DNA of 64,000 nucleotides from Bacillota bacterium (GTDB lineage Bacteria; Bacillota; Clostridia; Clostridiales; Clostridiaceae): NCBI GenBank assembly GCA_017861315.1, contig JAGFXP010000004.1, positions 10,329 to 74,328 of the forward strand, read 5' to 3'. Shown piece by piece: positions 58,884 to 64,000 of this stretch (position 1 is its first letter; each line of letters starts with the position of its first letter). The notes under the pieces were generated by a model. It saw only the letters and a program-made list of their open reading frames with translations, ran no database searches and was not told where the DNA came from. The position numbers and the translations under genes were made by a program.

Positions 58884-60539
58884 ATGAGAAAAAGAATGTT
58901 AGCAGCAGTGCTTGCTCTTTCATTATTATCAACCGCGGCTCTGACGGGATGTCGGACGAAAGCTGCAGAAGGTGATAAAGAGCAGTATCTGAACGTAGCA
59001 ATGAATGCCGAACCAGGAACTCTTGACCCTTCGAGGGCTACAGATACTTATTCCTCGATAGTCATAGCAGAGGTTGAGGAAGCGCTTACAAGGTGCGAGC
59101 AGGACGATAAAGGCAAGGATGTCATCCAGCCTGCGGGGGCAGAAAGCTGGAAAGTCTCAGACGACGGCCTGACCTGGACATTCAAGCTGAGAGACAATAA
59201 ATGGTCGGACGGACAGGATGTTAAGGCTGAGGACTACGTGTACTCCATGATGCGAACACTGGATCCAGAAACAGCATCATCCTACACCGGCATGCTGAAC
59301 CCTATCAAGGGAGCAGAAGCATACGCGTCCGGTGAGGGGAAAGCAGAGGACGTAGGAATCAAGGCAGCTGATGACAAGACGCTTGTCTTCACGCTGGAAT
59401 CTCCTTGTGCATATTTCCTTAACTTAACATACTTCAGGCTTTTCACTCCTCAGAGACAGGATTACGTTGAAAAATACGGCGACACATTCGGTTCTGAGGC
59501 TGATACTATACCGTCCTGCGGGCCTTTTGTCATAAAAAGCTGGACGCACAAGAGCGAAATAGTGCTGGAGAAGAATCAGAATTACTGGGATGCAGATTCC
59601 GTAAAGCTGAGCAAAGTTACATATAAGATACTGGAAGACGAGCAGGCCAGGATGAATGAAATCCTAAACGGAACAGTTGACATAGGTACTGCTGAATCCA
59701 AGGAATGGAAAGACAAGTTCAGCGGTACAGGCGATTTCGACGTAATAAGCGGCTACGAGCCGACTACTGAATGCATGATATTCAACACAAAGGACAAGAT
59801 GTTCTCCAGCGTGAAGATCAGGAAAGCTGTTTCGGCAGCGATTGACAGGGAGGACTATGTGGAAACACTTTATCCTAGCACCAGGACAGCAGCATATTCA
59901 TTCTGCCCTCCGACCCTCCAGATAGGGACCGAGGAGTTCAGGACTGCAGCTGGCAGCGAGCCTGTAAGGCAGCTTATCGAGGAAGTGACGGATCCCAAAG
60001 CTCTTTTCACAGAGGGAATCAAGGAGCTGGGGCTGGGTTCGGATCCTGCAAAAATAACTTTGACAATAACCGCAGCAGGTCCTAACGCGAAGACTAAGCA
60101 GATAGCGGAATACAACCAGCAGATGTTCCAGGAAGCACTGGGCTGCAAAGTGGATATTGAGTATGTTGATCCTGCAAGCATGGGAAAGACCATCGGGACG
60201 GGAGACTTCCAGATGGTTACTGCCGGCTGGACAGGAGACTACAACGATCCGATGACCGAATTCGACATATGGACATCTCATGGAGGGCTTAACTTCGGAA
60301 GATGGTCAAACGAGAAATATGACCAGAACATAGAAGCTGCATCAGCCACCCAGGACCAGGCGAAGAGGCTCGGCTATTTCAAGGAATGCGAGGAGATACT
60401 GATCCTCAAGGAAGCAGCCATCGCACCGCTGTCCTTCAAGCAGAGATCCCAGTACGAGAGAAAATATGTTGAGGGATATATGAGTACCCTGTTCGGATCA
60501 AGCATGGAGCTCAAGTACGCATACACACTGGGAAGATAA
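58884..60539 (+). CDS. peptide/nickel ABC transporter substrate-binding lipoprotein (family 5, OppA/DppA-like)
   Basis: Lipobox LTGC, about 550 aa, followed by two permeases and two ATPases. Confidence 0.9.
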   Translation: MRKRMLAAVLALSLLSTAALTGCRTKAAEGDKEQYLNVAMNAEPGTLDPSRATDTYSSIVIAEVEEALTRCEQDDKGKDVIQPAGAESWKVSDDGLTWTFKLRDNKWSDGQDVKAEDYVYSMMRTLDPETASSYTGMLNPIKGAEAYASGEGKAEDVGIKAADDKTLVFTLESPCAYFLNLTYFRLFTPQRQDYVEKYGDTFGSEADTIPSCGPFVIKSWTHKSEIVLEKNQNYWDADSVKLSKVTYKILEDEQARMNEILNGTVDIGTAESKEWKDKFSGTGDFDVISGYEPTTECMIFNTKDKMFSSVKIRKAVSAAIDREDYVETLYPSTRTAAYSFCPPTLQIGTEEFRTAAGSEPVRQLIEEVTDPKALFTEGIKELGLGSDPAKITLTITAAGPNAKTKQIAEYNQQMFQEALGCKVDIEYVDPASMGKTIGTGDFQMVTAGWTGDYNDPMTEFDIWTSHGGLNFGRWSNEKYDQNIEAASATQDQAKRLGYFKECEEILILKEAAIAPLSFKQRSQYERKYVEGYMSTLFGSSMELKYAYTLGR

Positions 60540-60621
60540 ATCAGATTGTAATAGATACACATATTTTGCAGCAGGGTCTTTGGGCTCTGCTGTAATGCTA
60601 TTTATTGAAAGGAGGAAGAGG

Positions 60622-61551
60622 ATGCTGAGTTATATGCTGAAGAGGCTGGCCTACATGGCTGTCACTCTCTGGGTAGTTATTACAATCACTTTTTTTCTTA
60701 TGCATGCGATACCCGGGGATCCTCTGTCCGGCCTGGCAAGGGAGCTGCCTGCCCATACAAAGGCGAACTATTATGCAAAGTACGGGCTGGATAAGAGCCT
60801 GGGCGAACAGTACTTCATTTATATCAACAACCTGCTGCACGGTGATCTGGGCGAGTCCCTTAAATATCCCGGCAGAGATGTTAAGGGAGAGATACTTAAA
60901 TATGCCCCGGCGACTGCAAGGCTGGGACTTCAGGCTGTGAGCATTGGTTTTTTGCTGGGCAGTATCCTCGGCCTGGCAGCTGCATTCAAGAGAAACAGGT
61001 GGCCTGACTACCTTGTTACCGGTGCCGCTCTGCTCGGGGTGTCTGTACCGAGTTTCGTTCTGGCGGCGCTTCTGCAGTACATATTTGCCGTAAGGAACAG
61101 CTGGCTCCCGGCCACGGGGTGGGGAGGCTTTGCATTCACCATTCTGCCGTCAATTGCGCTGAGCACCTCGGTGCTGGCCATATTCGCAAGGGTCATGAGG
61201 GCGAGCGCGCTGGACGTAATAGGTCAGGACTACATAATGACGGCGAGGGCAAAGGGCTCCGGCGGTCTGTCCTTTGCATTCAAGCATGTGGCAAGGAATG
61301 CGGTGCTGCCCTCGGTAACACTTCTGGGGCCGCAGATAGCGGGCATCATAACCGGATCCTTTGTCATAGAGAACATTTTCGCCATTCCGGGGATAGGCTC
61401 GAATTTTGTAACCAGCGTATTCAACAGGGACTACACAATGATCATGGGAATGACTGTTTTTTATGCAGTTGTCTACATGGCGGCTCTGCTGCTGGTGGAC
61501 ATAGCCTATGCAGTCATCGACCCGAGGATCAGGCTGTATGAGCCTAAGTGA
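60622..61551 (+). CDS. peptide ABC transporter permease (OppB/DppB-like)
   Basis: ATG after AGGAGGAAGAGG. N-terminal YMLKRL...TFFLMHAIPGDP signature. Confidence 0.9.
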   Translation: MLSYMLKRLAYMAVTLWVVITITFFLMHAIPGDPLSGLARELPAHTKANYYAKYGLDKSLGEQYFIYINNLLHGDLGESLKYPGRDVKGEILKYAPATARLGLQAVSIGFLLGSILGLAAAFKRNRWPDYLVTGAALLGVSVPSFVLAALLQYIFAVRNSWLPATGWGGFAFTILPSIALSTSVLAIFARVMRASALDVIGQDYIMTARAKGSGGLSFAFKHVARNAVLPSVTLLGPQIAGIITGSFVIENIFAIPGIGSNFVTSVFNRDYTMIMGMTVFYAVVYMAALLLVDIAYAVIDPRIRLYEPK

Positions 61552-61568
61552 CAGGGGGGGTGGCTTGA

Positions 61569-62438
61569 TTGATTAATATAACCAGCACCACATACAGGCA
61601 GGATGCGTGGCGCAGGCTCAAGGGCAACAGAATCGCCATGGTTTCGCTGGCTTTGCTTCTTGCCATATTCGCCATGTGCATAATAGGGCCGTTCATCAGC
61701 CCTTACAAATACACTGCAGTGAATTCGGACATAGTCAACCAGTCTCCGAGCCTTCAGCATCTTTTCGGCACCGATGACCTGGGAAGGGATATCTTTGCCA
61801 GGATATGGGCCGGAGGTAGGGTGTCGATGCTGATCGGCGTCCTGGGGGCTTTTTCGGTGACTGTATTAGGAGTTTTGTACGGAGGGATCTCGGGCTATTT
61901 CGGCGGAACGGCAGACGATATCATGATGAGGGCCGTCGAGGTAATGAACTGCATACCATACATGATAGTTGCGATACTCATTGCGTTCATAGCAGGACAG
62001 GGTATCGGAGCGCTCATACTCGCCATGACGATAACCGGCTGGGGCGGCATGGCCAGGCTTGTCAGGGGACAGGTGCTGCAGCTGAGGGAGCAGCCGTTCG
62101 TCCTTGCCGCAAAGGCACTCGGGGCCAGCCCGGGAAGGATAATATCCAAACACCTGCTGCCGAACACAGTCGGTGTAATTATAGTTCAGTTCACACTGGA
62201 CGTGCCGATATTTATTTTCGGAGAGGCGTTCCTGAGCTTCATAGGCCTTGGCATCCAGTCTCCGGGAACCAGCTGGGGGGCGATGGCGGCTGCCGCGCAG
62301 CAGCATCTCATGTTCTACCCTTACCAGATATTCTTTCCGGCACTCTTGATCAGCATGACCATGCTCGCATTCAACCTTCTTGGGGACGGCTTGAGGGATG
62401 CTCTGGATCCAACGCTTGGAATACAGGAGGGCATATAA
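61569..62438 (+). CDS. peptide ABC transporter permease (OppC/DppC-like)
   Basis: TTG start after a G-rich SD. LFGTDDLGRDIF signature. Confidence 0.9.
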   Translation: MINITSTTYRQDAWRRLKGNRIAMVSLALLLAIFAMCIIGPFISPYKYTAVNSDIVNQSPSLQHLFGTDDLGRDIFARIWAGGRVSMLIGVLGAFSVTVLGVLYGGISGYFGGTADDIMMRAVEVMNCIPYMIVAILIAFIAGQGIGALILAMTITGWGGMARLVRGQVLQLREQPFVLAAKALGASPGRIISKHLLPNTVGVIIVQFTLDVPIFIFGEAFLSFIGLGIQSPGTSWGAMAAAAQQHLMFYPYQIFFPALLISMTMLAFNLLGDGLRDALDPTLGIQEGI

Positions 62439-63436
62439 TGGAGAGATTGCTGGAAGTCAGAAATCTGAAAGTCACATACCATACGAGGGCAGGAGACGTT
62501 CAGGCGGTACGAGGGGCTGATTTCCACCTGGACAGAGGGGAGACCCTGGCTGTTGTAGGGGAATCAGGATGCGGAAAGACAGCGGTGGCAAAAGCCGTGA
62601 TGAGGCTGATCGAGAAGCCCCGCGGAGAGATAGAGGAAACCTCCATGATATTTTTCGAGGGGCGCAATGTCCTGGAGATGGACAAGAAAGAAATCAGAAA
62701 GCTCAGGGGAGGGGAGATAGGGATGATATTCCAGGACCCGATGACATCCCTCAATCCGACCATGAGGATAGGAGACCAGATAGCTGAAAGCCTGATGCTG
62801 CACTGCGGCATGAAAAGGAAGCCTGCCTTCAGCAGAGCCTGTGAGCTGCTGAAGCAGGTCCGCATAAACGACTGGGAGCTGATGGCGAAAAGGTATCCGC
62901 ATGAGTTCTCGGGGGGGATGAGGCAGAGGGCCATGATCGCTATGGCTGCTGCTGGCGGCCCCAGAATAATCATCGCAGACGAGCCTACAACCGCCCTTGA
63001 TTTGACGATACAGGCGGAGATAATGGGTCTTCTGCGTGAGCTTAAGAAAAATACGGGGACTTCGATGATGCTCATAACGCATGACCTGGCGATAGCTGCA
63101 GGATCAGCGGACAGGGTTCACATAATGTATGCGGGCAGGATAGTTGAGAAGGCTGAAACAAAAGAACTGTTCGGAAATCCGGCCCACCCGTATACTGAAG
63201 CTCTTCTTAATTCGGCTCCGGGGCCTGGTTCGGAAAGCAAGAGCAGACTCGCAACGATGGCCGGGTCGCCGCCGGATCTCATTGGGACGATCAGAGGCTG
63301 CGCTTTTGCCAAGAGGTGCGGCAGCTGCATGCCTATATGCCTTGAAAAAAATCCGGGGATGGTGAAGCTTGGCGCGGGCCATGAGGCCGCGTGCTGGAAA
63401 CTGATCGGGGATACTGCAGGGGGTGAAGCGCCGTGA
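62438..63436 (+). CDS. peptide ABC transporter ATP-binding protein (OppD/DppD-like)
   Basis: Walker A GESGCGKT, signature FSGGMRQR, Walker B IIIADEPT, C-terminal Cys-containing oligopeptide domain. Confidence 0.93.
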   Translation: MERLLEVRNLKVTYHTRAGDVQAVRGADFHLDRGETLAVVGESGCGKTAVAKAVMRLIEKPRGEIEETSMIFFEGRNVLEMDKKEIRKLRGGEIGMIFQDPMTSLNPTMRIGDQIAESLMLHCGMKRKPAFSRACELLKQVRINDWELMAKRYPHEFSGGMRQRAMIAMAAAGGPRIIIADEPTTALDLTIQAEIMGLLRELKKNTGTSMMLITHDLAIAAGSADRVHIMYAGRIVEKAETKELFGNPAHPYTEALLNSAPGPGSESKSRLATMAGSPPDLIGTIRGCAFAKRCGSCMPICLEKNPGMVKLGAGHEAACWKLIGDTAGGEAP

Positions 63437-64000
63437 GCGTGAACGGTCATGAAAATCTAATCGAGGTCAGGAACCTCAAGAAATCCTTCAGGCTCGGCAG
63501 GAAATCCCTTCTGGTGGCTGTGGATGACGTCAGCCTGAGCATCAAAAAGGGAGAAACATATGCGCTTGTCGGGGAGTCCGGGTCAGGAAAAACAACCCTC
63601 GGCAGGCTTATGCTCGGCATCTATCCTGCCGACAGCGGAGAGGTCCTCGTCGGAGGCTCGAACGTATGCGTCAGCGGGAAGAAGGAACGGCTAGAGTTTA
63701 CCCGGAAAGCCCAGATGATATTTCAGGATTCCTATGCTTCGATGAACCCAAGGATGAACGTGGGGGATATCGTGGCCGAAGGCATCGATATCCACGGGAT
63801 CCATTGCGGACAGGAGAGGACCGGCAGGATAAACGAACTACTTGGGCTGGTTGGCATGGGCGGTGAATTCAAAGTCCGTTTCCCGCATGAGCTTTCGGGA
63901 GGGCAGAGGCAAAGGGTAGGCATAGCGAGGGCTCTGGCCGTGGAGCCTGAATTCATCGTCTGCGATGAACCGATATCATCGCTGGATGTTTCCGTGCAGG
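63433..64000 (+). CDS. peptide ABC transporter ATP-binding protein (OppF/DppF-like), N-terminal part, runs off the window
   Basis: GTG 63433 overlaps the upstream stop (GTGA). My translation gives LIEVRNLKKSF, Walker A GESGSGKTT, signature LSGGQRQR. The frame is open to nt 64000. Confidence 0.9.
   Translation, partial: MSVNGHENLIEVRNLKKSFRLGRKSLLVAVDDVSLSIKKGETYALVGESGSGKTTLGRLMLGIYPADSGEVLVGGSNVCVSGKKERLEFTRKAQMIFQDSYASMNPRMNVGDIVAEGIDIHGIHCGQERTGRINELLGLVGMGGEFKVRFPHELSGGQRQRVGIARALAVEPEFIVCDEPISSLDVSVQ

Noticed and set aside
60569-60592. Hairpin GCAGCAG...CTGCTG after the substrate-binding protein gene as an intra-operon attenuator
   Set aside because: The stem is short (6 bp) with a large loop and no T-run, so it is not convincing as a terminator. 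The TTG ORF start at 60580 inside it was also rejected in favour of ATG 60622, which has a strong SD.
1-64000. Mobile elements, CRISPR arrays, defence systems, prophage remnants, rRNA/tRNA genes
   Set aside because: There are no transposase, integrase or Cas-like translations, no spaced direct-repeat arrays, no tRNA-like cloverleaf candidates in intergenic regions, and no obvious compositional break. The window reads as conserved core genome.

Overview
This window looks like core chromosome from an anaerobic, mid-GC Firmicute with Clostridia/Tissierellia-like gene content. It is densely coded, with about 60 genes that form short operons, many with overlapping stop and start codons. I found no rRNA, tRNA, CRISPR array, transposase, integrase or phage genes. 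In order, the window holds: the 3' end of a pyrimidine operon (pyrC' pyrF pyrK pyrD pyrE); the proteostasis block tig-clpP-clpX-lon-engB; and a Fur-family regulator. Next comes an 11.5 kb [FeFe]-hydrogenase locus. There, a NuoE/NuoF-type (electron-bifurcating type) HydA operon is bracketed by two different hydrogenase-like putative H2-sensor modules: a DRTGG / kinase-like ATPase / HydS-like / DRTGG / PHP operon on one side and a 2Fe2S / PAS-HydS / PP2C operon on the other. After that come a prepilin peptidase, an amino-acid permease, GNAT, cyclophilin, a rubrerythrin-like protein, and a preQ1-riboswitch-led queT / DEAD-box helicase / flavin reductase unit. These are followed by an M16 peptidase, recX, a transglutaminase-like membrane protein, and a 1431-aa fused double-activase/dehydratase-like Fe-S protein. 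Then come T-box-controlled valS, folC, and an OPT transporter / PqqD-like / PepD trio. The remainder holds a 7-repeat lipoprotein, acetyl-branch diaminopimelate genes (dapH, aminotransferase, dapB, dapA, asd) interrupted by an ABC-2/HlyD exporter, and an Opp/Dpp-type peptide ABC importer that runs off the 3' edge. The most interesting content is the poorly understood signalling machinery around the hydrogenase. I see no evidence of a defence island or mobile element. All calls rest on reading translated motifs and nucleotide patterns by eye, and no database search was run.
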